DNA from: Candidatus Limnocylindria bacterium | GTDB taxonomy: Bacteria > Chloroflexota > Limnocylindria > P2-11E | Reading direction: 5' to 3' | Length of the DNA: 64,000 nt | Assembly (NCBI GenBank): GCA_036001645.1 | Contig: DASYUC010000080.1 | Span: 9,348-73,347 of the forward strand | Shown here: positions 34,540 to 43,886 of the stretch, piece by piece | Layout of the letters: every line of letters starts with the position of its first letter | Position numbering within the stretch: the first letter of the stretch is position 1 | The notes under the pieces: model-generated | Seen by the model: the letters and a program-made list of their open reading frames with translations, nothing else | The model's database searches: none | Told to the model about the DNA's origin: nothing | Position numbers and translations under genes: made by a program

Positions 34540-35354
34540 GCACCACCGCTTACATCTGCGTGACCTGTGGTGTACAGCAGGCGCCCGCCGCGTCGACACC
34601 CAAGAGCTGCCCGATCTGCGAGGACGAGCGACAGTACGTTCGCCAGGGCGGCCAGGCGTGGACGACGCTCGAGCAGCTCGCTTCGCAGGGCCACCGGGTC
34701 GAGCTGCGCGAGCTCGAGCCGGGCCTGACTGGCGTCGGCGCGCAGCCCGCGATCGGTATCGGCCAGCGCGCCCTCCTCGTCCGAACGCCGGGCGGCAACA
34801 TCCTCTGGGACTGCTTCGGCTACATCGACGCGAAGAGCGTCGAGGCGATCCGCGCGATCGGCGGCATCGCGGGCATCGCGTTCTCGCATCCGCATTTCTA
34901 CGGCGTCATGGTCGAGTGGAGCCGCGCCTTCGGTGGCTGCCCCATGTGGATCCCATCGGCCGATCGCATGTGGGTCCAGCGTGACGATCCGGCGGTCGTC
35001 GAGTGGTCCGGGACCAAAGAGGTCCTACCCGGACTGACGCTCGTCCAGACCGGCGGTCACTTCGAGGGAAGCGCCGTGCTCCACTGGGCCGCGGGTGCCG
35101 GCGGACGTGGCGCGCTCCTCGTCGGCGACACGATCACGGTCGTGCCCGATGTGCGAGCCGTCAGCTTCATGCGGTCGTACCCGAACCTGATCCCGCTGCC
35201 CGCCCAGGAGATCCGGCGCATCGTCGCCACCGTGCGGCCCTACGCGTTCGACCGCATCTACGGTGGCTGGTGGGACCGCGTGACGCCGAGCGGCGGCAGG
35301 GGCGCGGTCGAGCGATCGGCGCGTCGCTACCTTAAGTGGATCGGGGCGGAGTGA
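34536..35354 (+). CDS. MBL-fold metallo-hydrolase with N-terminal CxxC...CxxC zinc-ribbon-like segment
   Basis: GTG 34536 overlaps the valS stop (GTGA). Motifs: YICVTCGVQQ...CPICEDERQYV, AFSHPHFYG, GGHFEGS. Confidence 0.8.
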   Translation: MSTTAYICVTCGVQQAPAASTPKSCPICEDERQYVRQGGQAWTTLEQLASQGHRVELRELEPGLTGVGAQPAIGIGQRALLVRTPGGNILWDCFGYIDAKSVEAIRAIGGIAGIAFSHPHFYGVMVEWSRAFGGCPMWIPSADRMWVQRDDPAVVEWSGTKEVLPGLTLVQTGGHFEGSAVLHWAAGAGGRGALLVGDTITVVPDVRAVSFMRSYPNLIPLPAQEIRRIVATVRPYAFDRIYGGWWDRVTPSGGRGAVERSARRYLKWIGAE

Positions 35355-35397
35355 TCTGGACAAGCCGCCCACGGATCTCCCGCCCATCCGCGCGGAG

Positions 35398-35877
35398 ATG
35401 CGCCGCGCGTTCGGCTGGCGAGTCAACCGCCTTTCCGATCGGCCCACCGGTCTGGAGATCGTCGGTAGTGGCTGTGGCTACGCCATCTCACTCCTCTTCC
35501 TTGCCGGCGGCGCCTACCTGCTCCTGGGCGGCATACCCAGTCCGGCGATCGTTGTTGGGGCGTTCGTCGGCGGGATTCTCTTCCTCGGACTCTCCAGCCT
35601 TAGCACCGGACACTTTCTGTATCGCGCGTGGCTCCGCCGGAGGTTGGCAACGACGGGCCTCGCGACCACGGCAACGGTGATCGACAGGTGGCGACTTCCC
35701 AGCGACGGCGGCGCGTGGAGCTGCATCCGGTTCCGCTTCAACGCCGCGGGCGATCCCGTCGAAGCGGTCGCGTGCGATAGCACCGAGCTGGTGCGCCGCA
35801 TCGCGATCGGCAGCATCCTGCGGTTGCGCTACGACCCCGATGACCCGCGCCTCTTGCTCATCGACGGCGTGGGCTGA
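35398..35877 (+). CDS. Membrane protein with DUF3592-like C-terminal domain
   Basis: Two hydrophobic helices are followed by a small soluble domain (GLATTATVIDRWRLP...ILRLRYDPDDP). Confidence 0.5.
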   Translation: MRRAFGWRVNRLSDRPTGLEIVGSGCGYAISLLFLAGGAYLLLGGIPSPAIVVGAFVGGILFLGLSSLSTGHFLYRAWLRRRLATTGLATTATVIDRWRLPSDGGAWSCIRFRFNAAGDPVEAVACDSTELVRRIAIGSILRLRYDPDDPRLLLIDGVG

Positions 35878-35883
35878 ATCTCT

Positions 35884-36825
35884 TCAGGCGTGGCCGCTCT
35901 CGAGAGCTTCAGCGATCGCGTGCTCGAGCTCGCTCTGCTGCGCATCGATCGATAGCAGTCGCTGCATGACGGTGTCGTCTCGCCCCTCCCGCAGCTCCAA
36001 GCGGTGCTGCAGCTGAAGACCTCTGCCTTTCATGTACACGACGATCGCGTGTCCGTCGGCGAGCGACAGCGGCCGCACCGCCGCGTAACCGCGCACGAAG
36101 GTGGCGGCACGCCGCGGGTCATACGTGATCGCGTCCGGGCTGGACCTTCCGTTCCGCCAGAGCGCCGATCCGAGATCGAATAGCACGGCCTCGTCATAGG
36201 CCAACGCGAAGTCGACGAGGTGAAAGGTCTGCCCTTCGGCGACGACATTGCTTTGCGTCGCATCTCCGTGCACGACCGCTCGCCGCGCAGAGTGATGGTC
36301 GATGTTCGCGAGCTCGTCCTCGAAACGGGAGCGCAGGCGGCGAGCGTCAGTGTGCTCAGGTCGACAGTCCTCGACCGGCGTCGAGCCAGGGCGCTGGGCG
36401 CGCCGCGGGGTCGCACGCGAGGCCTCGTGGAACCGCGCGAGCAGCCCGCCGGCTTCGTGGATCTCGATGTCCGTCCATCCCATCGGCTGACCGGGAACGA
36501 ACGAGAGAAGCTCCCAGATGGTGCCGTCGACGACCGCGATGCTCTGTCCATTCAGGTCCTCGATCGGCGCGGGCGCGGTGAATCCTCCGCTGGCGAGGTC
36601 GCGGAGGAATCGGTGCAGCCATCCGATCGACGTCAGCGCGAGCTCGGTCTTGAAATGGAGGCCTCGGAATCGCGCCGGGTCGTTGGGTCGAAGGACGGCC
36701 TCGCGCGACCCGTACCGGACGAACCAAGGTCGCCGCGGCCCGGCGAGTTGGCGGAGCTCGCGGGCCGTCTCCGGTAGCAGCGCCAGCACGGGTGCGAGCT
36801 CGTCCGGACCGTCCAACGCTGCCAT
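35884..36825 (-). CDS. Phosphotransferase-family kinase (APH / homoserine kinase type II-like)
   Basis: Catalytic loop AVVHGDATQSNVV and HLVDFALAYDE (Brenner and DFG-like motifs). Confidence 0.8.
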   Translation of the reverse strand: MAALDGPDELAPVLALLPETARELRQLAGPRRPWFVRYGSREAVLRPNDPARFRGLHFKTELALTSIGWLHRFLRDLASGGFTAPAPIEDLNGQSIAVVDGTIWELLSFVPGQPMGWTDIEIHEAGGLLARFHEASRATPRRAQRPGSTPVEDCRPEHTDARRLRSRFEDELANIDHHSARRAVVHGDATQSNVVAEGQTFHLVDFALAYDEAVLFDLGSALWRNGRSSPDAITYDPRRAATFVRGYAAVRPLSLADGHAIVVYMKGRGLQLQHRLELREGRDDTVMQRLLSIDAQQSELEHAIAEALESGHA

Positions 36826-36873
36826 GTTGCACGTGCGGTGATCGAGGCCGCGTAGCCGAACCCAACCGAAAGC

Positions 36874-36902
36874 GAAGGGCCCCGGTCATCCCGGGGCCCT
36901 TC
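36874..36902 (-). terminator. Hairpin terminator downstream of the sugar ABC operon
   Basis: Perfect 12-bp stem GAAGGGCCCCGG / CCGGGGCCCTTC with a 5-nt loop, 25 nt after the SBP stop. On the minus strand only a weakly T-rich tail follows (GCTTTCGGTTGGGTT). Confidence 0.6.
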
Positions 36903-36926
36903 GACTCGTACTTGGTCACGCGGTGA

Positions 36927-38267
36927 CTATTGGTTCGCCTTCAGGATGTCGTTCGCCTTCTGCCCGGCGTCCTTGATCGCCGCCTCGGGCGTCGCCTTGC
37001 CGGTCGTGACCTTGGTCAGCATGTCGAAGATCACGTCGCGGATCTCCTGCTGCCCACGGACGTTCGGCTCGGGGATCGAGCTGCCGATGACATCGAAGGC
37101 CTGTTTGCCCTGCTGGTCCTTCGAGCTCCAGTAGCTCTTCAGCGCCTCGTCGTTCGCGGCGGCCTTGCGGACCGGCATGTAATAGGACTTGGTGCCCCAG
37201 TCCGCGGTCTGCTGCGTGTCGCTGAACCACTTCACGAACAGCCAGCTCGCGAGCTGCTTCTGCGGCGTGCTCTTGAGCACCGCGACGTTCGCGCCGTACA
37301 TCACGGTCCGCGGCTTGGCCGGGTCTGTCTGCGGGGGGACGCCGACGTTCCATTTCACCGGCGTCTTCATCGCGCCGGCGATGAAGGGCCGCGAGGACGT
37401 CGAGCCCATCGTGAACGCGAGCTTGCTGGCGGCGAAGTCGTTCTGCCAGTCGAAGCCCGTCGGTGTGTAGCCGTAGCCGCCCTTCCACAGGCGGTCGTAC
37501 ATCTGGAGGACGGCGAGGCCCTCCTTACCGTCCCATGCCACGGTCTTGTTGTCGGCGGACATGATGTTGCCGCCCATCGACATGACCTGTGCGTTGAAGT
37601 TGGACGCGTCGAGCGGCTGCGCCCAGCCGTAACGCGTGGTCTTGCCGGACGCGTCCTTCTGGGTCGTCTTCATGACGGCCTGCTCGAACTCCGCCCAGGT
37701 CTTCGGCGTCGAGGTGACACCGGACGAGGTGAGCACGTCCTCGTTCGTGTACATCACGAAGAGCGACTTCGTGAAGGGGAAGGAGAGCAGCTCGTTGCCG
37801 TACTGGGGGAACCGGTTGGTATCGAAGTACGGCTTGTAGATGTCTTCCTGGCTCGCCTTGTCGAGCCCGTTCTTCGTGCTGTTCATGTAGGGCTCGAGAT
37901 TGATGACCACGGCGGCCTTCTGGTAATCGGCGACCTGGCTCTCGTACGCGTGCACGATCTCGGGCAGCGAGCCCGCCTGGATCGCGCCAAGGGTCTTCTG
38001 GTAGAGCTGGGTGTAGTTCCCCTGGACGACCGGCGTGATCGTGATGCCCTTGCCGTTCGTCTCGTTGAACTTCTTCACGGCGTCTTCGAGCGCTTTCTTC
38101 TGGGGATCGCTCGTCAGGGCATGCCACAGCGTCAGGCTGACGGGGCCGGTGATCTCGATATCCGCCTCGGTCGACGGCGCGCTCGTCGCGGCCGGTCCTG
38201 CGCCGGCGCATGCCCCGAGCAGGAGCGCCAAGGTCGTGAGCAGCGCTGGGATCCGCATCCTCGTCAT
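36927..38267 (-). CDS. Sugar ABC transporter substrate-binding lipoprotein (family 1)
   Basis: ATG 38267 is preceded by GGAGGAGG. Signal and lipobox: MTRMRIPALLTTLALLLGAC. Lies adjacent to two MalF/MalG-type permeases. Confidence 0.85.
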   Translation of the reverse strand: MTRMRIPALLTTLALLLGACAGAGPAATSAPSTEADIEITGPVSLTLWHALTSDPQKKALEDAVKKFNETNGKGITITPVVQGNYTQLYQKTLGAIQAGSLPEIVHAYESQVADYQKAAVVINLEPYMNSTKNGLDKASQEDIYKPYFDTNRFPQYGNELLSFPFTKSLFVMYTNEDVLTSSGVTSTPKTWAEFEQAVMKTTQKDASGKTTRYGWAQPLDASNFNAQVMSMGGNIMSADNKTVAWDGKEGLAVLQMYDRLWKGGYGYTPTGFDWQNDFAASKLAFTMGSTSSRPFIAGAMKTPVKWNVGVPPQTDPAKPRTVMYGANVAVLKSTPQKQLASWLFVKWFSDTQQTADWGTKSYYMPVRKAAANDEALKSYWSSKDQQGKQAFDVIGSSIPEPNVRGQQEIRDVIFDMLTKVTTGKATPEAAIKDAGQKANDILKANQ

Positions 38268-38336
38268 GAGTGTCTTCCTACCTCCTCCACCATTCGAGCA
38301 GCGCCTGGTGACCGCCACGTGAGATACGCGTGAGCG

Positions 38337-39251
38337 CTATCCGCGGATGCCGGTTCGTGCGACCCCCTGCACCAGGAAGCGTTGCCCGATGAGATAGAGC
38401 AGGACGATCGGTGCAACGACGAACGCCGCCGCCGCCATCAGGAGATGGTATAGCGAGCCTGCTTCGGCGCGGAAGGCATTCAGGCCGACCTGGACGGGCC
38501 GAACGGCATCGCTCGAGGTGACGATGAACGGCCATTGGAACGAGTTCCACGAGCCGTAGAACGACAGGATCGCGACGGTCACGAGCGCTGGGACCGAGAT
38601 GGGGAGCACCACCGACCACAGAAAACGGAGATGTCCAGCGCCGTCGATCACCGCGGCGTCGCGCAGCTCCCTTGGGATCGCGAGGAACTGCTGGCGCAGC
38701 AGGAAGACCGAGAACGCGCTCGCGAGGAAGGGGAGGATCTGCGCCGCGTAGGTGTCGTACAGGTTGAGGCGCGGGATCGGGAAGAACGGGTTCACGCCGG
38801 GCGGCGCTTTGCTCATCATCACGAAGTTCGGGATCAGCGTTGCCTCTCCGGGCATCATGTAGGTCGCGAGGAAGAGTGCGAACAGCACGTTCTTGCCGCG
38901 GAAGTTCATCTGCGCGAAGGCGTACGCGGCCAGGATCGCGATGACGATCTCTCCAAAAACGGTCATGCTCGCGATGAACGTCGTGTTCGCGAAGTAGCGG
39001 CCCCACGGCTGCCGGGACCATGCTTCGGCGTAGTTCTCGAAATGCAGGGATGTCGGGAAGAGCGTTGGTGGCGTCACGGTCGCCTCGAAGAACTCCTTGA
39101 GCGACGTGCTGATCATGAAATAGAACGGGTACGCGACGAAGAGGCCGACGACGATGAGCACCACGTGCTTGAACGCGGTGGACACGATCGGCGGGACGCG
39201 CGGACGCATCGGCCGGGCGATGACGCGCGGGAGCACCCGTGGAGTGTTCAC
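38337..39251 (-). CDS. Carbohydrate ABC transporter permease (MalG-like)
   Basis: GTG 39251 overlaps the upstream stop (GTGA). Six TM segments. EAA-like loop: LRDAAVIDGAGHLRFLWSVVLP. Confidence 0.85.
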   Translation of the reverse strand: MNTPRVLPRVIARPMRPRVPPIVSTAFKHVVLIVVGLFVAYPFYFMISTSLKEFFEATVTPPTLFPTSLHFENYAEAWSRQPWGRYFANTTFIASMTVFGEIVIAILAAYAFAQMNFRGKNVLFALFLATYMMPGEATLIPNFVMMSKAPPGVNPFFPIPRLNLYDTYAAQILPFLASAFSVFLLRQQFLAIPRELRDAAVIDGAGHLRFLWSVVLPISVPALVTVAILSFYGSWNSFQWPFIVTSSDAVRPVQVGLNAFRAEAGSLYHLLMAAAAFVVAPIVLLYLIGQRFLVQGVARTGIRG

Positions 39252-40246
39252 GTGTACGTCACCCGCCGCTCGAACACACGGAACTGGATCAGCGTGAAGC
39301 CCAGGATCATGAGCGTGAGCAGAACACCCATCGCAGAGCCGAGGCCGATCTGTCCTTGTTGGAAGAACGTTCTGAACAGGAGCAGCGTGACCGTCCGCGT
39401 CGTGTCGAGCGGGCCGCCGTTGGTCAGGATGAAGATCTCGTTGAACGCCCGCAGCACGCCGATGCTCGCGATCGTGAAGACGAAGAAGATCTGCGGTGAG
39501 AGCAGCGGCAACGTGATCCGGCGGAAGAGCTGCCACTGGTTGGCGCCGTCGAGCTTTGCGGCCTCGTAGTACTCGACCGGGATGTTCCCGAGGCCGCCGA
39601 GGAAGATGAGGATCTGGAAACCGAGGAAGTGCCAGATCGAGAAGATCGCGACGCCGACGAGCGCGAGGCTCGGGCCGGCGGCCCAGTCGGGGACCGCGAG
39701 GCCGAATGCGTTCCCCATCATCTGGAAGACGCCGTCGGGCTCCTGGTACCACGTGAGCCCGGAGATACCGATCGCGCCGAGCACCGTGTTCACGAGCCCG
39801 TACTGGGGGTGGAACACCCAGCTGAAGACGGTCGCCGCCGCGACCGTCGACGTCACGTACGGCAGGTAGTAGATCGTCCGATAGATGTCGCGGCCGCGCA
39901 GCTTCTGGAACAGCACGTAGGCCACGACGAGCGCGAGCGCGATCTCGATCGGCACCGTGATCAGGGCATACGTGACCGTGGTGGAGAGCGACTGCCAGAA
40001 CTGCTGCGAGCGCGTCGCGTTCTGCCAGAGGATGTCGAAGTAGTTGTCGAGCCCGCGGAACGCGCCCTGGACGATGTCCCAGCGGAACAGCGAGATGTAC
40101 ACGGCGTAGAACGCCGGCAGGATCTTGAACAGCGCGAGGAACGCGATGGCCGGAAGGAGGAAGAGGTAGGCCTGCGCGTTTTCGATGAGGCCACGACGGC
40201 GGCGGGACGCCGCGCGCTCGGTGATGGCGATGGCCCCTCCCGACAC
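39248..40246 (-). CDS. Carbohydrate ABC transporter permease (MalF-like)
   Basis: N-terminus: RRRRGLIENAQAYLFLLPAIAF. EAA loop: YYEAAKLDGANQWQLFRRITLP. The start is set to GTG 40246 because earlier starts would overlap the divergent FmdB gene. Confidence 0.75.
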   Translation of the reverse strand: MSGGAIAITERAASRRRRGLIENAQAYLFLLPAIAFLALFKILPAFYAVYISLFRWDIVQGAFRGLDNYFDILWQNATRSQQFWQSLSTTVTYALITVPIEIALALVVAYVLFQKLRGRDIYRTIYYLPYVTSTVAAATVFSWVFHPQYGLVNTVLGAIGISGLTWYQEPDGVFQMMGNAFGLAVPDWAAGPSLALVGVAIFSIWHFLGFQILIFLGGLGNIPVEYYEAAKLDGANQWQLFRRITLPLLSPQIFFVFTIASIGVLRAFNEIFILTNGGPLDTTRTVTLLLFRTFFQQGQIGLGSAMGVLLTLMILGFTLIQFRVFERRVTYT

Positions 40247-40267
40247 CTTCGGCGATGATATCGAGCG

Positions 40268-40558
40268 ATGCCGATATACGACTACCGCTGCGATCATTGC
40301 GGCCACGTGTTCTCGGCGGTGCAGTCGTTCAACGACGAGGCGCTCGAGAAATGTCCCAATTGCGGCAAGAAGCCGCGGCGTCTCATCTCGACGCCGGCGA
40401 TCGTCTTCAAGGGGTCGGGTTGGTACAAGACGGACAGCCGGCCCGCCGATACGAAGCCCGACCCGAAGACCGAGACCAAGGGCGAAACGAAGAGTGACAA
40501 GAAGACCGAGACGAAGGCGCCGGAGAAGCTGGCGCCGAAAAGCGACGCAGCATCCTGA
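40268..40558 (+). CDS. FmdB-family zinc-ribbon protein with Lys/Thr/Glu-rich tail
   Basis: Canonical N-terminus: MPIYDYRCDHCGHVF...CPNCG...FKGSGWY. Confidence 0.85.
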   Translation: MPIYDYRCDHCGHVFSAVQSFNDEALEKCPNCGKKPRRLISTPAIVFKGSGWYKTDSRPADTKPDPKTETKGETKSDKKTETKAPEKLAPKSDAAS

Positions 40559-40608
40559 CATCGGTCAGGAGTGCCGTCCGCGACGCGCGCGCCGTCGCCA
40601 CCTCTTTT

Positions 40609-41307
40609 TTGGCCGACGAGTGCCCATTCCTGGCTGGTGCGGTCGCCTACCAGCTGTTCTTCGCGACGATCCCGCTCCTGGCGCTGATCGTCGGCGTCCT
40701 CGGATTCGTGTACGGATCGGAGCGCGCGCAGCAGGAGCTGGGGGAGATCATCCGTGACATCTACCCCTCGGCGACGGCGCAGGAGACGCGCATCGCGCGC
40801 CAGCTCGTCGAGGGCCGGGGGATCTCGCTCGGCCTCGGCATCATCGGGACGATCCTCGCGACCGGCGCCATCCACAGCGCGATCGACAAAGCGCTGGCCG
40901 CCATCCTTGGGACGGGTGGCAAGCGCAGCTTCGTCCGCGGCAACGCGGAGGCGTTCGCGTTCGCTGGCGCTCTCGTCGTCCTCGCCGTCGCCTCGTTCGT
41001 CGTCTCGCTCGCCGCGGGCCCGCTCGCGCCATTCCTCGGGCTCGCGGTCGGGTACGTCCTTTTCTATTGCGTGTATCGCTTCATCCCCCGGTCACGCGTG
41101 CACAGCCGCACGGCGCAGGTGGCCGCGCTGGTATCGGCCCTGCTGTGGGAGGTCGCGAAGATCGCGTTCGGGTTCTTCACGCGCAGTCTCGGTATCTTCA
41201 GCGTGTACGGACCGATCGCCTTCGCGGCGGCCATGCTCACGTGGATCTACGTGACCGCCGTGATCATCCTCGTCGGTGCCGAAGTGATAAAGCTGAAGAG
41301 GACTTGA
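40609..41307 (+). CDS. YihY/BrkB-family membrane protein
   Basis: Motifs: FLAGAVAYQLFFATIPLL, several TM segments, and a C-terminal IYVTAVIILVGAEV. TTG start. The N-terminus looks short for the family, so the true start may be non-canonical and upstream. Confidence 0.7.
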   Translation: MADECPFLAGAVAYQLFFATIPLLALIVGVLGFVYGSERAQQELGEIIRDIYPSATAQETRIARQLVEGRGISLGLGIIGTILATGAIHSAIDKALAAILGTGGKRSFVRGNAEAFAFAGALVVLAVASFVVSLAAGPLAPFLGLAVGYVLFYCVYRFIPRSRVHSRTAQVAALVSALLWEVAKIAFGFFTRSLGIFSVYGPIAFAAAMLTWIYVTAVIILVGAEVIKLKRT

Positions 41308-41397
41308 GCCAGATGAAACGAGCGAGGAGCGGCTTAGCCGCGACGAGCGAGTCCACCAGCCTTGAGCGTGTCCCCTCGCCGAAGGCGAGAGATTGAG

Positions 41398-42150
41398 ATG
41401 GAACGTCTTGAAGCCCTGGTAAGCCGGACGATCGAGGGGTGGAGCGCGCGCCTCTTCGGCGCGAAGCTACAGCCGGTTCAGATCGCCAAGCGCCTCATCC
41501 GGACGATGGAGGCGCACCAGACCATCTCCCTCTCCAAGACCTTCGTCCCGAACTCGTACGTCGTGTCACTGTCCGCGACCGACTTCGCGCAGTTCGAGCA
41601 ATACCGCCGCAGCCTCGAGCGCGATCTCGCGGAGGCGGTGCTCTCCGCGTCGCGTGAGCGCAACTTCACGCTGCTCGATTTCCCTTCCGTCGAGGTCGAG
41701 CGCGACGACGACGTGGCCCCGGGCGACATCCGCGTGTCGTGCGCGCTCGTCGATGCCTCGGGCGAGGAGGTCGAGGCCGATCCGAAATCGCTCGGCGCTG
41801 TCGAGTCCGGTCACACGATGGTCCTCGACCGCGAGAAGCTCCTCCGTGAGAAGCCGCGCGCGCCGAAAGCCAGCGTCGAGGTGAAGGACGGCGACCGCAG
41901 GGCGGTCCAGCTCGGTCCCGAGCCGCTGCTCATCGGGCGCGACCAGCAGAACGACGTCGTGCTCGACGACCCCCGCGTGTCGCGCAAGCACGCCGAGATC
42001 CGGCTTCGACTCGGCCGGTACACGCTGTACGACCTGCAGAGCACCAACGGCACCTACGTGAACGGCCGCCGCGTCGCCGAGGTCGTGCTCAACGACGGCG
42101 ATCGGATCTCGGTCGCGGGTCTCGATCTCATCTTCCACTCGGCGGAGTAG
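41398..42150 (+). CDS. fhaA: FhaA-like protein (DUF3662 N-domain + C-terminal FHA domain)
   Basis: In-frame ATG 41398. N-domain: LEALVSRTIEGWSARLFGAKLQPVQIAKRL...PNSYVVSLS. FHA: LLIGRDQQNDVVLDDPRVSRKHAEI...LQSTNGTYVNG. Confidence 0.85.
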   Translation: MERLEALVSRTIEGWSARLFGAKLQPVQIAKRLIRTMEAHQTISLSKTFVPNSYVVSLSATDFAQFEQYRRSLERDLAEAVLSASRERNFTLLDFPSVEVERDDDVAPGDIRVSCALVDASGEEVEADPKSLGAVESGHTMVLDREKLLREKPRAPKASVEVKDGDRRAVQLGPEPLLIGRDQQNDVVLDDPRVSRKHAEIRLRLGRYTLYDLQSTNGTYVNGRRVAEVVLNDGDRISVAGLDLIFHSAE

Positions 42151-42597
42151 GTGGAGATCACATTCGCCGTCCTGCTGTGGGCGGTGCGCATCGCGTTCCT
42201 CCTCCTGCTCTACCTGTTCCTGCTGCGCGCGTTCGGCGTCCTTCACCGAGCGCTCGCGGCCGAGCGTGTCGCGGACGGTGCGCTGCGCGCGCTCGGGACG
42301 CTCATCGTGGAGCGCAGCGCCGGACGCTCGCCGCGCGTGGGGGAGCGTTTCGCCCTTCGCGCATCCACATCGCTCGGACGCGACGCCGGGAACGACGTCC
42401 CGCTCACCGACGAGGCCGCGTCCGCGCGTCACGCGGTCCTCGAGCTCCGCGACGGCGAGTGGTGGATCGAGGATCTCGGCAGCACCAACGGCACCCTCGT
42501 GAACGGGACCCGCATCGAGCGGGCCGAACGCCTGCGCTTCGGTGACGAGCTCGCGATCGGCCGCATCGCGCTGCGGCTCGAGAAGGGCGCAGGGTGA
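42151..42597 (+). CDS. fhaB: FhaB/FipA-like membrane-anchored FHA protein
   Basis: GTG 42151 lies directly after the fhaA stop. It has an N-terminal TM helix. FHA: LGRDAGNDVPLTDEAASARHAVL...LGSTNGTLVNG. Confidence 0.8.
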   Translation: MEITFAVLLWAVRIAFLLLLYLFLLRAFGVLHRALAAERVADGALRALGTLIVERSAGRSPRVGERFALRASTSLGRDAGNDVPLTDEAASARHAVLELRDGEWWIEDLGSTNGTLVNGTRIERAERLRFGDELAIGRIALRLEKGAG

Positions 42598-43886
42598 TCG
42601 CCGTCACGCGCCGCCGCCCGGAGCTCGGTCTCCTCTTCTGGGTCGCCGCGCTCGGCATCACTGGGTCGGTCGCCGTCGCCGCGGCGGAGGCCGCAGGCTT
42701 CCGGCCGCAGCAGCTGGTCGTCCCCATGACCTTCGTCGTGGTCGCCTTCGCGCTGCACCTCTTCCTCGCGGCGCGCGGTATCCGCGGCGACCAGCTGCTC
42801 CTTCCGATCGCCGCCGCGCTCACCGCGATCGGCCTCGTGCTCGTGCAGCGCCTCGCGTCGAACCTGCTCCTGCAGCAGCTCTCGTGGACCCTCATCGCCG
42901 CCGGCGCGTTCGCGGCGACGATCCTCATCCCGCGCGACCTGACCGCGCTGTCGCGCTTCAAATGGACGTGGGCGCTGCTCGGCGTGCTGCTCCTCGTGTC
43001 GCCGCTCCTGCCGGTGGTCGGGCGCGAGGTGAACGGCGCGCGCATCTGGATCGGTGTGGGCACGGTGACGTTCGAGCCGTGGGAGGCAGTGAAGATCCTG
43101 CTCGTCATCTTCTTCGCTGCCTACCTGGAGGAGTTCCGCGAGGTGCTCGCGCAAACGCCGCGGCGCTTCGGTCCGATCCCGGTGCCGCCGGTCCCGTATC
43201 TCGTGCCGATCGTCGCGATGTGGGCGATCGCGATGATCGTGATGGTCTTCGAGAAGGACCTCGGCGCGACGCTGCTGTTCCTCGGGATCTTCCTCGCGAT
43301 GCTCTATCTCGCGACCGGCGAGGCGTTCTACACGCTCATCGGCATGGTCCTGCTGCTTGTCGGCGGCTTTGTCGCGTACCACGCGTTCGGTCACGTCGCG
43401 GCCCGCGTCGACGTGTGGCTCGATCCGTTCGCCGAGGAGGTGCGGTTCGACCCGGGTTTTCAGCTCGTGCAGGGACTGTTCGCGCTCGCGAATGGCGGCC
43501 TGTTCGGCGCCGGGCTCGGGAACGGGATGCCCGAGCGCATCCCGGTCGTGTGGAGTGACTTCGTGTTCGACGCGTTCGCGGAAGAGACGGGGTTTGCCGG
43601 CGCGCTCGCGCTGCTCGCGCTGTACCTCCTCTTCGTCTACCGCGGCATGCTCATCGCGCTGCGGGCGCCGACGCCGTTCCTGCAGCTCCTCGCCGCCGGT
43701 CTGTCGTTCATCGTCGCGCTCCAGACGCTCGTCATCGTCGGCGGCAACGCGCGGCTCATCCCGCTCACCGGCATCACGCTGCCGTTCGTCGCCTATGGAG
43801 GCTCGTCGCTCGTGACGAACTGGATGCTGGTCGCGCTGCTCTTACGCGTGAGCGACATGACCGCGCGCGTGAGAGGCACGCCGTGA
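42594..43886 (+). CDS. rodA: SEDS-family peptidoglycan glycosyltransferase (RodA/FtsW)
   Basis: GTGA overlap with fhaB. Motifs: GARIWIGVGTVTFEPWEAVKI, QLVQGLFALANGGLFGAGLGNG, IPLTGITLPFVAYGGSS. Confidence 0.9.
   Translation: MIAVTRRRPELGLLFWVAALGITGSVAVAAAEAAGFRPQQLVVPMTFVVVAFALHLFLAARGIRGDQLLLPIAAALTAIGLVLVQRLASNLLLQQLSWTLIAAGAFAATILIPRDLTALSRFKWTWALLGVLLLVSPLLPVVGREVNGARIWIGVGTVTFEPWEAVKILLVIFFAAYLEEFREVLAQTPRRFGPIPVPPVPYLVPIVAMWAIAMIVMVFEKDLGATLLFLGIFLAMLYLATGEAFYTLIGMVLLLVGGFVAYHAFGHVAARVDVWLDPFAEEVRFDPGFQLVQGLFALANGGLFGAGLGNGMPERIPVVWSDFVFDAFAEETGFAGALALLALYLLFVYRGMLIALRAPTPFLQLLAAGLSFIVALQTLVIVGGNARLIPLTGITLPFVAYGGSSLVTNWMLVALLLRVSDMTARVRGTP

Noticed and set aside
40430-40558. Repetitive KTETK/KPDPK segment at the end of the FmdB-family gene.
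   Set aside because: It is a low-complexity charged tail in frame with a canonical zinc-ribbon protein. There is no evidence of a nucleotide-level repeat element.
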